DNA of 62,584 nt, the filler included. It is 5 parts of 5 records of this genome, joined end to end, with 100 filler letters (N's around TTAATTAATTAA, not from the genome) between each part and the next. Parts side by side here need not be neighbours in the genome. Positions count along the whole stretch, not along the records: positions 14,397 to 26,656 come from SRR22947725_5079; positions 26,757 to 47,678 come from SRR22947725_5090; 3 more parts are not named here. One strand, given 5' to 3'. This document shows, one piece after another, positions 18,671 to 30,307 of this stretch (position 1 is its first letter; each line of letters opens with the position of its first letter). The position numbers and the translations under genes were made by a program. The notes under the pieces were generated by a model that was not told the DNA's origin, did not search any database, and was given only the letters and a program-made list of their open reading frames with translations.

Positions 18671-19855
18671 ATGTTTGATGTCTGTATTATAGGTGGAGGG
18701 CCAGCAGGTTTAATAGCCGCTGAAACAGCTGTAGATAAGGGTCTATCAGTTGCTATTTTTGATGCAAAGCCGACATATGGGCGAAAATTCTTAATGGCAG
18801 GAAAGTCTGGTTTAAATATTACTAAGAATGAAAATAAAAATAAATTCTTAAATAATTATTATGAATCAGAAAAATGGTTAACTCCAATTATTAATGCATT
18901 TGATAATGAAGCAGTAATGAATTGGGCTCAGGATTTGGGCGAAGAAATTTTTATAGGTTCATCTGGACGTGTATTTCCCAAAAGTATGAAAGCCTCACCC
19001 TTGCTTAGATCTTGGTTAAAAAGATTAACTAACAAAGGTGTAAATTTTTATACAAATTGGAAGTGGATTGGATGGCGTGATGGCTTAGCAGTCTTTGATA
19101 CTAATGAGGGTGAGAAACAGATTAAAAGCAAAACAACCATTCTTTCTATGGGAGGTGCAAGTTGGTCAAAACTTGGATCAGATGGAAAATGGATAAATAT
19201 ATTAACAAAGCATGGGATTGAAATTACTGCTTTCAAACCATCAAATATGGGATTTAATATTCCATGGTCTAGACACATGAAGCCCTTTTTTGGGCAACCT
19301 ATAAAATCTGTTCGTATTTCTTCAGGGCATTCATCATTTATTAATGAATTTGTAATTTCTCAGAAAGGTTTAGAGGGCAGTGGAATTTATGCCGTAAGCA
19401 AATTCATGCGAGATGGTAACGAATTAATTATAGATTTACTTCCGAATACAAAAATTGAAACTTTAATAAAACGAGAAAAAACTTTATCCAAAAAAGTTTC
19501 AAGAGCTACCTTTATTCGAAAAGTTTTACGCCTCAATAAAGAAAAAACAGCCTTATTTAATGAGTTCTCTCAAAATATTTCGAAAAAAGCAATTTCTCTC
19601 ACAGCTAAAAACCTTCTGATTTCTCATAATGGCCCTCATCCCATTAATGAAGCAATTTCAACTGCAGGAGGCATTTCAAAAAATGCCTTAAATAAAGATT
19701 TAATGATAAAATCAATGCCTGGTATTTTTTGTGCTGGTGAAATGTTAGACTGGGAGGCACCTACTGGTGGATATCTAATAAATGCATGTCTAGCTACTGG
19801 AACGTGGGCGGGAAATAGTGCAGCCAAATATATTAAAACATCAAATAATTTATAA
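18671..19855 (+). CDS. HI0933/BaiN-like flavoprotein (TIGR03862-type)
   Basis: GGGPAG, GRKFLMAGKSGLNIT, GSSGRVFP, AISTAGG, GEMLDWEAPTGGYL. Confidence 0.88.
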   Translation: MFDVCIIGGGPAGLIAAETAVDKGLSVAIFDAKPTYGRKFLMAGKSGLNITKNENKNKFLNNYYESEKWLTPIINAFDNEAVMNWAQDLGEEIFIGSSGRVFPKSMKASPLLRSWLKRLTNKGVNFYTNWKWIGWRDGLAVFDTNEGEKQIKSKTTILSMGGASWSKLGSDGKWINILTKHGIEITAFKPSNMGFNIPWSRHMKPFFGQPIKSVRISSGHSSFINEFVISQKGLEGSGIYAVSKFMRDGNELIIDLLPNTKIETLIKREKTLSKKVSRATFIRKVLRLNKEKTALFNEFSQNISKKAISLTAKNLLISHNGPHPINEAISTAGGISKNALNKDLMIKSMPGIFCAGEMLDWEAPTGGYLINACLATGTWAGNSAAKYIKTSNNL

Positions 19856-20443
19856 TTAAACTTTTATTGCAGATATATATGCAGGGCGTTTAATCTGGCG
19901 CCTGAAATATTCACGTAAATTTCCATCAGGAATATCAAATTTAGCCACTCTAGCCCAACCTCCTATATGAGTAAGTATAATATCTGGTATTGTGAATTTT
20001 TCTCCCATCAAATTTGGTCCATCACCCATTCGCAATTCCAGGGTTTTAATTGATTTAGCAAACTCCCAGCGCAAAGTATCCTTCAACTCACTTACACGTA
20101 ATTCTTTGGGCAAAACAAAACTATGTCTTGCAGCAGTCCATAAAACTGCATCTAATTCATCCAAAATAAATTGCGTAAAACTATCCTGTTGAGCACGCTC
20201 AATCGTTCCAGGTAAAAATGTTAATTTGTTATATTTGTCTGCTAAATAAGTAATAATGGCAGTTGAGTCATTTATGATTATACCATCCACGTCCAAACTA
20301 GGGACCTTACCAGAAAAATTTGCCTTTGATGCTTCAGGTGAGCGAGCGCTTACTCTTAAATGATCATAATTTAATCCAATTTCTTGCATTGCCCACAAAA
20401 CCCGCATAGCCCGTGTATTTGTATTACCTATAACTTTATACAT
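19856..20443 (-). CDS. Glutathione S-transferase family protein
   Basis: TRAMRVLW, GKVPSL, DSTAIITYL, FTIPDI. Confidence 0.88.
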   Translation of the reverse strand: MYKVIGNTNTRAMRVLWAMQEIGLNYDHLRVSARSPEASKANFSGKVPSLDVDGIIINDSTAIITYLADKYNKLTFLPGTIERAQQDSFTQFILDELDAVLWTAARHSFVLPKELRVSELKDTLRWEFAKSIKTLELRMGDGPNLMGEKFTIPDIILTHIGGWARVAKFDIPDGNLREYFRRQIKRPAYISAIKV

Positions 20444-20453
20444 AAAAATTTCC

Positions 20454-21485
20454 CTATTTTGGTCGCATCATAGAAATTCGAATGAATGCTCTTTCAAGAA
20501 TAGCTTTTGCAGGAGCTTTTGATGATGACCTCAAAGATAGGTCAGTATCAATTAAAACTCCTAGTGCTTTTTCCAACCGCGTGCTGCCCCATCCTCGAAC
20601 TTGGCGCACCATTTGATCTTTACGGTGACCAAAAACTGGAGGCCGGGCTCTAGATAATGCAATATCTGGGCCAGATGAATTTGAAGAGGCTAAATGTAAA
20701 TTTTTAAAATGTCGTGTGGCTGCAATACATAAAGATGTAGGGTTAATACCTTGGCCAAAAAGTCGATTAAGCACTGGGCCTACTTCATTAGACTTTGCGT
20801 CAGCAATAATATTAATTACTTCATCCATTACAGCATCAACTGTAACCGGTGCACATAAATTAATATCATTAGTGGTTATTGGAGTATCATCTTTATATTT
20901 ATAGAGACTTAATTTTTCTAACGTTTGCTGAAAATCACCCGGATCTAGGGCTTTCCCTAACAAAACTAAATCTCTTTTTGCATCCTCAATAAATTCATTA
21001 AGGCCATGTTTTTCTGCTAAGGCAATAATCTCTTTTTCATTTGGTGGATCATTATAAATACCAATAGCAACTGAATTATTATTGCTTTCAATAATTTTTC
21101 GTAGTTTTGATCGTGTATTTAATTGTCCTGCAGTTAGAATTAAAAATGCATCACCTTTTTGCCATTCTTGTATCGCGTTCTCAATTATAGTTGCAGATAT
21201 ATCAGTGACGTCTTCAACAAAAACTGCACGCAAACCAGGGAAAAATCCACTTGCTTTTAATCCATCTAGTAAGAGGGCAGGATCTTTCTTTAATTCAGGC
21301 CCAGAAATACGTGTTAAGCGCATTTCTTCTTCTGCATTATCGCCAATAAGCGCTTTAAGAAGCTCTTGCCTGCGCAGGGCAACGCGCATGTTATCTGCGC
21401 CATATATAAGTATTGCAGTATGACTGGTATTAGGGTTGGAGAAATAGTTATTTGCCTTATCTCCTGCTAATTTCATTCTAACCAA
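20454..21485 (-). CDS. holA: DNA polymerase III subunit delta (likely start ATG at 21476)
   Basis: ILIYGAD, LEKLSLY, LRSSS...LERAFIR; conserved leuS-lptE-holA synteny. Confidence 0.9.
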   Translation of the reverse strand: MVRMKLAGDKANNYFSNPNTSHTAILIYGADNMRVALRRQELLKALIGDNAEEEMRLTRISGPELKKDPALLLDGLKASGFFPGLRAVFVEDVTDISATIIENAIQEWQKGDAFLILTAGQLNTRSKLRKIIESNNNSVAIGIYNDPPNEKEIIALAEKHGLNEFIEDAKRDLVLLGKALDPGDFQQTLEKLSLYKYKDDTPITTNDINLCAPVTVDAVMDEVINIIADAKSNEVGPVLNRLFGQGINPTSLCIAATRHFKNLHLASSNSSGPDIALSRARPPVFGHRKDQMVRQVRGWGSTRLEKALGVLIDTDLSLRSSSKAPAKAILERAFIRISMMRPK

Positions 21486-21964
21486 TCCTTAGCCGTAATT
21501 AATAAAAGTGTTACGATCTTATCTGCCATATCTCGTGATAGTCTAACATTAGCATCTCTTTCTGCAATTGCAGTTGGATAAGTGCCTGCAGTCGCACTGT
21601 AAGCTGTGTTGGATAATATATTATTTTGATAAATTACTTTTTGAGTTAAAATATCTATTAATTCAAAACTTGTCTCACCCTGAAGGGTATAGCGTGTTAC
21701 ATCATTATCTTTTGAGATAGTTAAGTTTTTAGACACAATATTCGTTTTATATTTTAACATATAAATTGGTGTGTCCTCAGGGGCGCCTAGGCGTTCATTT
21801 AAGCGATCCCGAAGTTCAAATGCATTGCGCCCATTAGAAACCTCTACATTTATTTTGCCCCGAATACGGTTTGCTGGTTTATCTACCCCATAAATAGGTT
21901 CAAAACCACATGCCGCTAGGGGTAAAACTCCAAACAAAAACCACCTTCTGTTAAACAACAACAT
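21473..21964 (-). CDS. lptE: LPS assembly lipoprotein LptE
   Basis: Lipobox [11 protein letters not shown]; lies between leuS and holA. Confidence 0.85.
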   Translation of the reverse strand: MLLFNRRWFLFGVLPLAACGFEPIYGVDKPANRIRGKINVEVSNGRNAFELRDRLNERLGAPEDTPIYMLKYKTNIVSKNLTISKDNDVTRYTLQGETSFELIDILTQKVIYQNNILSNTAYSATAGTYPTAIAERDANVRLSRDMADKIVTLLLITAKDWLE

Positions 21965-24900
21965 TTACTATCTTTCCAGGCACTATAATTATCTTTTTTG
22001 GAGAAACCCCATTTAAAATGCGCAAAACTGAGGGTCTTTCAAGGACTATTTTTTCTATTTCGTTTTTGCTTAATTCTAAGCTAACTTCTATTTCATCTCT
22101 TCGCTTACCATTAACTTGAATGGGCAAAATAATAGTATCATCAATAAGCATTGAAGCATCAATTTCTGGCCACATAGCGCCCGTTACTAACCCCTCTCCA
22201 CCTAAAATGCTCCATATTTCTTCAGCTAAATGTGGTGTCATAGGCTGCATTAATTGTGCCATTGTTAGCATAGCTTTAGTTTTTGCTTTTTTACTTGCAG
22301 TTGATTTTGCAATTATATTTGTAAATTGATAAAGTGATGCAATTGATTTGTTAAATGCAAACCCCTCAATACCATTTGTTACAGCATTAATAGCAACATT
22401 TCTTGCTTTTTCCAACTTAGCATCTTGTGAGGTATCTTGTGGAGTATCTTCCTCAGAGATTTCAACCGTTAATCGCCAAACTCTTTGTAAGTGCTTCCAA
22501 GCAGCCTCTGCACCGGATGCTGTCCATTCAACATCACGCTCTGGTGGACTATCAGACATTACAAACCACCTAGCCGTATCAGCTCCATATTGATCTATGA
22601 TATCATCAGGGTCGACCACATTCTTTTTAGATTTAGACATTTTGATAGATTGACCAACTGTCACATCGCGACCATCAAGGGTTACAGAACCACCACCTTC
22701 AACAGATTTAATATCATCTGGATTTAACCACTTACCATCTGAATCTTGGTACGTTGCATGACATACCATTCCTTGAGTAAATAAGGCATTAAAAGGCTCA
22801 ATTGCCTTTTTTGGTAAATGACCCGTTGCATTCATTGCGCGTGCAAAAAAACGTGAATATAGAAGATGTAAAATTGCATGCTCAACACCACCAATATATT
22901 GATCAACATTCATCCAATATTTTGCTTCTTTTTCGTTTGTAGGTGTCAGTGAATTAGGCGCCGTAAACCTAGCATAATACCAAGAAGAATCTACAAATGT
23001 ATCCATAGTATCAGTTTCACGAAAGGCATCAGACCCGCATAAAGGGCATTTACAATTGCGCCACTCATCATGCCTATCTAATGGGTTTCCTGGTTTATCA
23101 AAGGATACATCTTTTGGTAAAACTATTGGTAGGTTCTCCTTTTTTTCTGGAACCACACCACACTCATTGCAATGAATTACTGGTATTGGACAACCCCAAT
23201 ATCTCTGTCGTGAAACACCCCAGTCACGTAAACGATAATTTATTTTTGATTGCCCCACTTTCATTTCAGAAATTCGTTTAATGACTTCAGATTTTCCTTC
23301 CTCGATGGTCATACCATCTAAAAAGCGAGAGTTAATTAAATTTCCTGTACCAGTATCTATAATTGAAAAGACAAGCTGATCAGCAGTACTTTTTTCTTTG
23401 CGAATTAAAATCTCTCCTTTTTCACCGGTTGCTATTATGGCGTCGCATGAGTTGGATAGTAGATTAACCAAAACTTGTTCAACCAAAATAGCATCACCGA
23501 CCACTGTGGTACCTTTAAGTGAGGGGTCCATATTTACCATAATCTGGTGATCTAATAATTGTGTGCTTAGAAGCTCCTGCGCTCCAGTAAAAACACGTTC
23601 AAGAGAAACATTTTCACTGAGGTATTTAGATCTACGCGCAAATCTGCGCAAATGTAAAATTATATGCTCTATGCGATTAACAAGATCATCAATTTTATTT
23701 AACTGAACATTTAGATTGCTAGTGTCATTCTTTTTTGCGGCCTTTTGAGCCAGCCGCAGTCGCTGCCGGATTGCGCCAAGAGGTTGGTTTAATTCGTGGC
23801 TAATCCCCGCAGAAAGATTGCCTAAGGCCGCCATTTTACCCACTTGCACCAACTCATTTTGAGTTTGGTGTAAATCCTGAATTGCTTGATCTCGCTCAGT
23901 AACTGAGTTCTGGAAAGCATTCACCGCTATTTCCAAATGTGAAATTTCATCATCTCTTACAGGTAAATCATTTAGCATATGTGGTTTGCCATCTGCAATC
24001 TGGCGCATAGCTGTTGTCAAGTTTTCCATTGGCTGAATTATTGAGGGACGAATATAGTAGAACAAGATCGCCAAACCTCCTGCTGCTGCACCAATAGTCA
24101 TTGCTAAAAGTAAATTCAAAGTGATCGCAGCATTTTCTGAAAAACTTTCACCCAGTAAACTTATTTCAGCACGCTGAGCTTCGGCTTGCGACAATAATTT
24201 GGTCTGCATATCTTTGAGAAGAAACATAACTGTATCAAGTTCACTGCTGAATTTTTGCCGAGTTTGATGCCACGCTTTGCGTTCGTGAACCAAGCCATTT
24301 GGTTGTGTTGTCATCAGTTCTAATGTTTCAGATGCTTGCCGTATGAATTGATATTCAGGCTTCGAAGGTAATATGTTAATACTAGCGTTTATCCGTGCCA
24401 ATGCGTCTGCAATTAGATCTTCGAATTGATCAAGCTGAGCGTATGACTGGCTAGTCGAAATTTGCATGGCAAGCGTAGTTCCAGTGGCTGTGTCGTTACC
24501 TATATTTGAGAAAATGGATTGCAGGTGGAGCTCTTGGGTAAGTATTTTTGCCATTTCTGTTCGGATGCTTGGGTTTGACTCTTGAGCAAGTCTGCGGGTC
24601 AGAACTTCAATATTATATGCAAAGTCAGCCATAACAGCCGCCGCTTCGTCTTGAACATCGACGTTCAACCAACGTAGTTGCTCAATCTTATTGCGTATGC
24701 GGATCTCTATTTTTTGTGTTTGGCTTAAGTGTCTTATGACAAGTAATAATTGGCGTTGCAATATCTCAGCATCGTATGGTGTAAGAGTGGTGTCGAGCCC
24801 ATCATTTATGAACGCTATGAGTTCCGAAACAGACGTCTTAAGTAAAGCTTCAAGATTACTTGATGTTGTACTACCTTCCGATAAGATGCGATTGCTGAGC

Positions 24901-25112
24901 ATCGCAATATCGGTTGTTTGGGCCGATAACCGAGAGGTCTGGGCTAAATTTGGTGCCTGAACTGTGCTTAAGTTTGAAACCACAAGACGCGCGTTACCTA
25001 GCCAATAATATGATGCTCCAATTACTATCCAAGTAAGGAGGATAGCAACAACAATCATAAGGAATAATCGAGTCCAAATTTTTGGAATAAACTTGTCCCA
25101 TAATTTTTTCAC
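21951..25112 (-). CDS. leuS: Chimeric ORF: N-terminal membrane sensor histidine kinase (PgtB/DctB-like, HATPase truncated) fused in frame to the C-terminal half of leucyl-tRNA synthetase
   Basis: aa 1-~590: 2 TM, HAMP, H-box [11 protein letters not shown]-box [15 protein letters not shown]1 DTGTG. aa ~587-1053: [56 protein letters not shown]. No HIGH motif. Confidence 0.85.
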   Translation of the reverse strand: MKKLWDKFIPKIWTRLFLMIVVAILLTWIVIGASYYWLGNARLVVSNLSTVQAPNLAQTSRLSAQTTDIAMLSNRILSEGSTTSSNLEALLKTSVSELIAFINDGLDTTLTPYDAEILQRQLLLVIRHLSQTQKIEIRIRNKIEQLRWLNVDVQDEAAAVMADFAYNIEVLTRRLAQESNPSIRTEMAKILTQELHLQSIFSNIGNDTATGTTLAMQISTSQSYAQLDQFEDLIADALARINASINILPSKPEYQFIRQASETLELMTTQPNGLVHERKAWHQTRQKFSSELDTVMFLLKDMQTKLLSQAEAQRAEISLLGESFSENAAITLNLLLAMTIGAAAGGLAILFYYIRPSIIQPMENLTTAMRQIADGKPHMLNDLPVRDDEISHLEIAVNAFQNSVTERDQAIQDLHQTQNELVQVGKMAALGNLSAGISHELNQPLGAIRQRLRLAQKAAKKNDTSNLNVQLNKIDDLVNRIEHIILHLRRFARRSKYLSENVSLERVFTGAQELLSTQLLDHQIMVNMDPSLKGTTVVGDAILVEQVLVNLLSNSCDAIIATGEKGEILIRKEKSTADQLVFSIIDTGTGNLINSRFLDGMTIEEGKSEVIKRISEMKVGQSKINYRLRDWGVSRQRYWGCPIPVIHCNECGVVPEKKENLPIVLPKDVSFDKPGNPLDRHDEWRNCKCPLCGSDAFRETDTMDTFVDSSWYYARFTAPNSLTPTNEKEAKYWMNVDQYIGGVEHAILHLLYSRFFARAMNATGHLPKKAIEPFNALFTQGMVCHATYQDSDGKWLNPDDIKSVEGGGSVTLDGRDVTVGQSIKMSKSKKNVVDPDDIIDQYGADTARWFVMSDSPPERDVEWTASGAEAAWKHLQRVWRLTVEISEEDTPQDTSQDAKLEKARNVAINAVTNGIEGFAFNKSIASLYQFTNIIAKSTASKKAKTKAMLTMAQLMQPMTPHLAEEIWSILGGEGLVTGAMWPEIDASMLIDDTIILPIQVNGKRRDEIEVSLELSKNEIEKIVLERPSVLRILNGVSPKKIIIVPGKIVNVVV

Positions 25113-26353
25113 TGTGGGGCCTTTTGTTCAAGCTCGCGTAAAGTTACATCGATTTGGGACATCAATTGCTTGTTGCGCTCTCGCCAATCCATAATTACGG
25201 ATGTGTCAAGTATGCCAGCACCAGCTATTGATCTCCCGTGTTCATTGATACTTGATGTAGCTGATATGGCTTCCTCTTCTGAGATTGATATAGTCGTGAG
25301 TAAATTATGTAAAAGCCTTAGGTCATTATGTTCAATTTGCTGCTCCAATTCATAAAACCGTCGCCAGAAATTACGACGTTCTACAAGGACTTCAGTCAGT
25401 AGCAAGTCAAACAATGTGTTTACTGCCCAATAACGATCTGATGTTGTCTCTGCATCATAATCTAGCCAAGAAAGTTGCAAGGCCTCTGAAATGCCTTTTG
25501 GTAATTGTTTTTCATATTCGGCTCGCACTGTGTCATCGTAAGGGATTCGTGAGATTTCGGGAGAAAGTAAGGTAAGTTGTCCGTCTCGTGATAGTAACAT
25601 TCTGATAAAATCACAGGCATTATCTGAAGCAAGGCCCCCCCTTAAGATTCCTACCTGAGCTGGCATTAAGACTATTGGTCGCCCATATCGAAAGTTTAAT
25701 AAATCGCGTTGTGACTGAGCAAGAAAATCAATTGTAAGCCCAATTTCAAAACGGTGATTGGCGAGACCATCGGGAACCCCGAAAGCGCGGGCAGTTAAAG
25801 TTGATAGGTTACCTGCAAGTTCTAATAGATATGCCCAACCATCTTCCCAGCCACGTACCAGTAATAGTTGTTCAACCAGCATATGAGTGCTGCCAGAACG
25901 CGCGGGACGCGCCATTGCAATTTTATCACGGTATATTGGGTGCAACATATCGTTCCATTCCGCAGGCATGAATAATTTACTGTCAGTTCTTCGAGCCCAA
26001 CCAACCGAGGATAAGGCGAATGGTTCTGTCGCTGCTGGTCCAGCTTCACCGCATGTGGCATCATCTACAAACGATCCGTTGCGAGACAATAATTCGAAAG
26101 CTTCTGGTGAAGAAGCCCAGAAGATATCAAAGCTGCGATCATTACCTCTAAGTATTTCGTTTATGCCAGCTACTGTGTTTTTATTTAGTATAATAATTTC
26201 TGAGTCAGGTTTTGCATTCTGCCACATTGTTACATATGCATCAGACAATTCTTGTGGAAAAGAAGTTAGTACTCTTAATTCCTTAGCTGATAATTGATCC
26301 GATATAATTAGTAAGATAAATAATATTATGTTTCTGAGACAATGCATAGGCAC
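25109..26353 (-). CDS. Periplasmic solute-binding regulatory protein (PgtC-like)
   Basis: Signal peptide, [35 protein letters not shown]; overlaps the start of the sensor kinase. Confidence 0.75.
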   Translation of the reverse strand: MPMHCLRNIILFILLIISDQLSAKELRVLTSFPQELSDAYVTMWQNAKPDSEIIILNKNTVAGINEILRGNDRSFDIFWASSPEAFELLSRNGSFVDDATCGEAGPAATEPFALSSVGWARRTDSKLFMPAEWNDMLHPIYRDKIAMARPARSGSTHMLVEQLLLVRGWEDGWAYLLELAGNLSTLTARAFGVPDGLANHRFEIGLTIDFLAQSQRDLLNFRYGRPIVLMPAQVGILRGGLASDNACDFIRMLLSRDGQLTLLSPEISRIPYDDTVRAEYEKQLPKGISEALQLSWLDYDAETTSDRYWAVNTLFDLLLTEVLVERRNFWRRFYELEQQIEHNDLRLLHNLLTTISISEEEAISATSSINEHGRSIAGAGILDTSVIMDWRERNKQLMSQIDVTLRELEQKAPQ

Positions 26354-26656
26354 ATTCTAAACACCAACTCTTAAAATTTCATCTGAAAAAATTATTAGGA
26401 GTTATTTGGGTCATTTTTGACACATTTCAATTTCATTGATATGATTTTAATCTAATACAAACTATCGTATATTTAACGACACCGCCACTTAACTTTTTAA
26501 GTAATTGGAAATAATACATAATTTAAATAAAATTAAGATTAGGCCACCTTTTCGACCACCCTTTAAGGGTTTCTTGTTTTAATTAGAAGCACATTTGGCG
26601 AGGGTGAGATTTGGAGGGGCCAGATATTAAAAGTGAAACGCGTCCATGCCTTATCT

Positions 26657-26756
26657 NNNNNNNNNNNNNNNNNNNNNNNNNNNNNNNNNNNNNNNNNNNN
26701 TTAATTAATTAANNNNNNNNNNNNNNNNNNNNNNNNNNNNNNNNNNNNNNNNNNNN
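26657..26756. other. Artificial contig spacer
   Basis: N-run with TTAATTAATTAA. Confidence 0.99.
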
Positions 26757-26786
26757 CCGACCGACCGACCGACCGACCGACCGACC
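26757..26786. repeat. (CCGA)n microsatellite at contig start
   Basis: About 7 tandem CCGA copies. Confidence 0.9.
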
Positions 26787-26866
26787 AGGGTAGGGGACAT
26801 GAGACCCGACACGAGCAGACCACGTGTTCGGGTGGGCCCATTTTTGACTAGATCGCGACTGTGACG

Positions 26867-28567
26867 ATGCAAGCAGGTAAATGCATCGCCCGATGCCCGG
26901 ATAGGGCGGCACTGTCCGGGAGGAAATCTCTGGCTCGGAGAAGAGCGAACCGATTGCTCGCCGCTGCGGTGCCCGCGGGTTCATCCGACGGCTACAGCGT
27001 GTTCGATGCGTATGTCGGACAGTATGTGGGGGATGCGACCGACGGTGGGCTCAATGGCCCGGGACAGGAGGCCATCTCATCCCTCTCTGGCGAGGTGGGC
27101 GCGGACATTGCCGGACAGGCGGTGCAGGCCGTGGCACCCGCCGGGGGAATCGCCGACGGGGTGGCGGCAGACCCGGCTTCAATATCCAGCGCGGCATCGA
27201 GTCTGGTCGACGGCGCAAATGAGCTGCTGCCGCTGGCGTCCAAGCTGGTGTCGCTCCTGCCCGAGCCGATCCAAGGGGGTGTGGGGATGCTGGTGGGGGA
27301 TGTGGTGGGTCTCGCGACGTTGCATCCGACGATTGAAGGGGTTGTGCGGATCGGGGTCTTGTACTACTTCCTGTTCGCCCGGCCGAGCCCGCTCGTGGCG
27401 GCGCTGGACTACTATGTGCTGCGGCCGTTGAGCAAGCTGGCGGGGGCAAAGTTTTCAGAGAACGATTTCACCCTGCGCGATAGGCTCGGGAACGGGAATT
27501 ATGGCCAGGTCTACGAGGGACTGCGCATATCTAAGAGCGGTCTTCCCGATCTCAAGACAAGGGAGCTCACCCCCGAGCAGAAACAGCGGCGTGTCGTGCT
27601 GAAGAAGACCAACCTGGACCGGGAGGGTATCCGCAGGAACTTCTTGGGGGCTGGCACCATGGCAAGGGGGGCTGGAGAGACGGGTGTCGTAGAGGACTAC
27701 CTGTGTAGACGGATGGCCGCGCACCCCCTGGTGAAGCGGTACATGGCAGAGTACCTGGGCAGTTTCGTCGCCGAGACGTTCCAGGGTAACTTTACCATGG
27801 GATCTCAGTGGCTCGTGTGGAAGTTTGAGACCGACTCGACGCTGGGAGACGCGTGTGCGGGTCTGCTTGGGACGTTCCCCGAGTCGCTCGGGCCAATCAT
27901 GCTCGGCAAGAGAAAGGCGGACGCCCTGGCAGAGAGTGACCCCGTCAAGCGGGATGCGCTCGTCATCAAGAGCGTGATGGCGCAGCTGTTCAAGGCACTG
28001 GATAGAATGCACTCCTTGGGTATCGTGCACAGGGACATCAAGCCGGACAACATCCTGATCACACAGCAGGGCAACGTCAAGATCATCGACTTTGGTGCCG
28101 CCTGCGACATGTCCACTGGCATCAACTTCAACCCGCTTTTCGGTATGCTCGACCCGCGATACTCGGCCCCGGAGGAGGTCATCATGCCGAAGAGCTTCCC
28201 GCGGGCCCCCGTGCCGCTTCTCGCCGCGCTTGCCGCGCCCATTGCCTGGCAGTACGGGAGGCCGGACCTGTTTGATACCTACAGCGCGGGCATCGTCATG
28301 CTCCAAATGGCGGTGCCGCAACTGCGGTCGCAGCAGGGACAACGTGGCTTCAATCAGGCACTCGCAAACTGTGACTACGACCTGGCTCGCTGGAGGAACA
28401 CGTCCGTGATGGCGCAGCGGTGCGACTTCGAGCTGCTGGATCGGCAGGGAGGCGCCGGGTGGGACCTCGTGTGCCGGCTGGTGAAGGAGAAAAACCAGTA
28501 CAACAGGGGCCGCCTCTCGGCATCGGGGGCCCTCAGGCATCGGTATTTTTCCTTGCCCGACCTGTAA
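26867..28567 (+). CDS. Thylakoid Ser/Thr kinase, STN7/STN8 family (closer to STN8/Stl1)
   Basis: Transit-peptide-like N-terminus, TM segment followed by ARPSPLVAALDYY, GNGNYG, HRDIKPDN, DFGAACD...LDPRY, PDLFD. Confidence 0.85.
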   Translation: MQAGKCIARCPDRAALSGRKSLARRRANRLLAAAVPAGSSDGYSVFDAYVGQYVGDATDGGLNGPGQEAISSLSGEVGADIAGQAVQAVAPAGGIADGVAADPASISSAASSLVDGANELLPLASKLVSLLPEPIQGGVGMLVGDVVGLATLHPTIEGVVRIGVLYYFLFARPSPLVAALDYYVLRPLSKLAGAKFSENDFTLRDRLGNGNYGQVYEGLRISKSGLPDLKTRELTPEQKQRRVVLKKTNLDREGIRRNFLGAGTMARGAGETGVVEDYLCRRMAAHPLVKRYMAEYLGSFVAETFQGNFTMGSQWLVWKFETDSTLGDACAGLLGTFPESLGPIMLGKRKADALAESDPVKRDALVIKSVMAQLFKALDRMHSLGIVHRDIKPDNILITQQGNVKIIDFGAACDMSTGINFNPLFGMLDPRYSAPEEVIMPKSFPRAPVPLLAALAAPIAWQYGRPDLFDTYSAGIVMLQMAVPQLRSQQGQRGFNQALANCDYDLARWRNTSVMAQRCDFELLDRQGGAGWDLVCRLVKEKNQYNRGRLSASGALRHRYFSLPDL

Positions 28568-28707
28568 GGAGTGACGTGAATTAATGCATCTACAGGCCTT
28601 GAATACGCATGCTGAGAACTCTGTGGATGTCTGTGGATGGTTACAGATCGGCGGCGTGCGGTCAGACGGATTGACGAGAGCATCGAATTCGAAGAGCCGA
28701 CCCCAGG

Positions 28708-30146
28708 ATGCCCGCCCAGCAATGGCAGAGGCGGATGCTGAAAGAGATGCGCCGTATTCAGAACGAACCCATTGATGGTATTCATCTCTATCCACACGAG
28801 GATAACCTGCTGCTTTGGGAGGCACGTATTGGACGCGCCATGTTTCCTTGGATCACTGCACACTGACCTGTTCCCTTGTTCTCAATGGTTCACAGTACTG
28901 CTTTGAGGGAGCGGCGGGCACGCCATTCAGCGGTGGGGTGTATCACGGGCAACTGGTTTTTCCCGAGACGTACCCGCTGGCGGCGCCTTCGGTTCGTATG
29001 ACGACGCCGAATGGTCGGTTCCGAGCAAATGCGCCCATTTGCATCGCTGGCATCACAAATTTCCACCAGAATGACTGGTCGCCGGCGTGGACGGTGGGTG
29101 CGATAGCTGTGGGCGTGCAGAGTTTTTTTTATGACGTGGATGTAGCGGCGGGGGTTTTGACTTCAACGTCAATTTCTGAGAAACGGCGGTTGGCGCGGGC
29201 GAGTATGGCGTGGAATATACGGAATGTGCCCGGATTCGTGGAGAAATTTGAGGACCTGGTGGCGGCGTTTAAGGTGCGGGAACGGAACAAGGAAAAGGAG
29301 GGGGATGTGGGGAGGCGGCGGGCAGCAGAAGACACTGAAGACACTGAAGGGCGGGTGAAGAAGGTGGCACGCCAGGATCAGGGTGTTACAAGCTCAAGAA
29401 AGGTGAAACACCCTGTGAAAGAGCACGTGCGGCAGCAGGAGCAAGTCACGCGACGGGAGCCGTCAGTGTCGGGTGCCGAGGCCGTCACTGCGTACTTCAA
29501 ACTGTTGAACGACGTCCATTGTGGCGCCGGCCCGGCTCTGGAGAGCAGGAAGAGCGAGTGCCCGGAGATTTCCGGATATGGAGACGCGGACGTGGATGAT
29601 TGCATGTATTTTCACGAGCTCGATGAGAGTCGCTTTCGGGATCTTTTCTTTACGATCAGCGAGCCTTCTGGCTCGTCGCCCGTGGTGGATTTGACGAAGG
29701 AGTCTCAGGAGGAAGATATGGATGTGGTGGGTCCTCGGGAAGGAGACGGTGCTCCCCACTGGCGGCTGCAACGGGTGCTTTCGCGGGGTGTCTTGCTGGG
29801 CGGAGTGGACTGGATACTGAAAGAGCTCAAGTTGTCACAGCAGAGGAAGAAGGAGGGAGCCGGTTGTGGGTCGTTTTTTGCGAGCAAGGTGCTGCCGCGG
29901 ATGCCAAAGGTGGATAGTGCTGCTGTGCGGGTGCTGGCCCGCATCTACGGACTGCGGGTGCGGGAGAAGCACGGCGTGCTGACGATCATTGCGAGAGGGA
30001 CGGGGGCTCCCCTGACGCGAGCACAGGAGAAAGCACGCTTTCAGTTCTTTGAGCGCGAGCTGGGTGCGCTTGAGAATCTCGTGGATGGCTTGCGTTGGAT
30101 AGACCCTCAGCGAGAGAGAGATTTCGGCGGCTGTAACGAGCTGTAA
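28708..30146 (+). CDS. Ubc6/UBE2J-like ubiquitin-conjugating enzyme with long C-terminal extension; exons 28708-28821 and 28896-30146
   Basis: Exon 1 MPAQQWQRRMLKEMRR...NLLLWE joins YCFEGAAGTPFSGGVYHGQLVFPETYP...TPNGRF...ICI...WSPAW; branch site ACTGAC before CAG. Confidence 0.82.
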
Positions 30147-30307
30147 CGATCTCTGAGTCAATGGAGGTGGGACCGCAAGGGAAACGAGCGACCGACACGT
30201 CAGCGAGTGGGAAGAAACAAGGGTGCACTCTTAACGAAACGTACGTACGTTTCGTAACGTATACGTTTCCACGCGTGGATATCAAACGCGCAAACGAAAA
30301 GGAAGAA

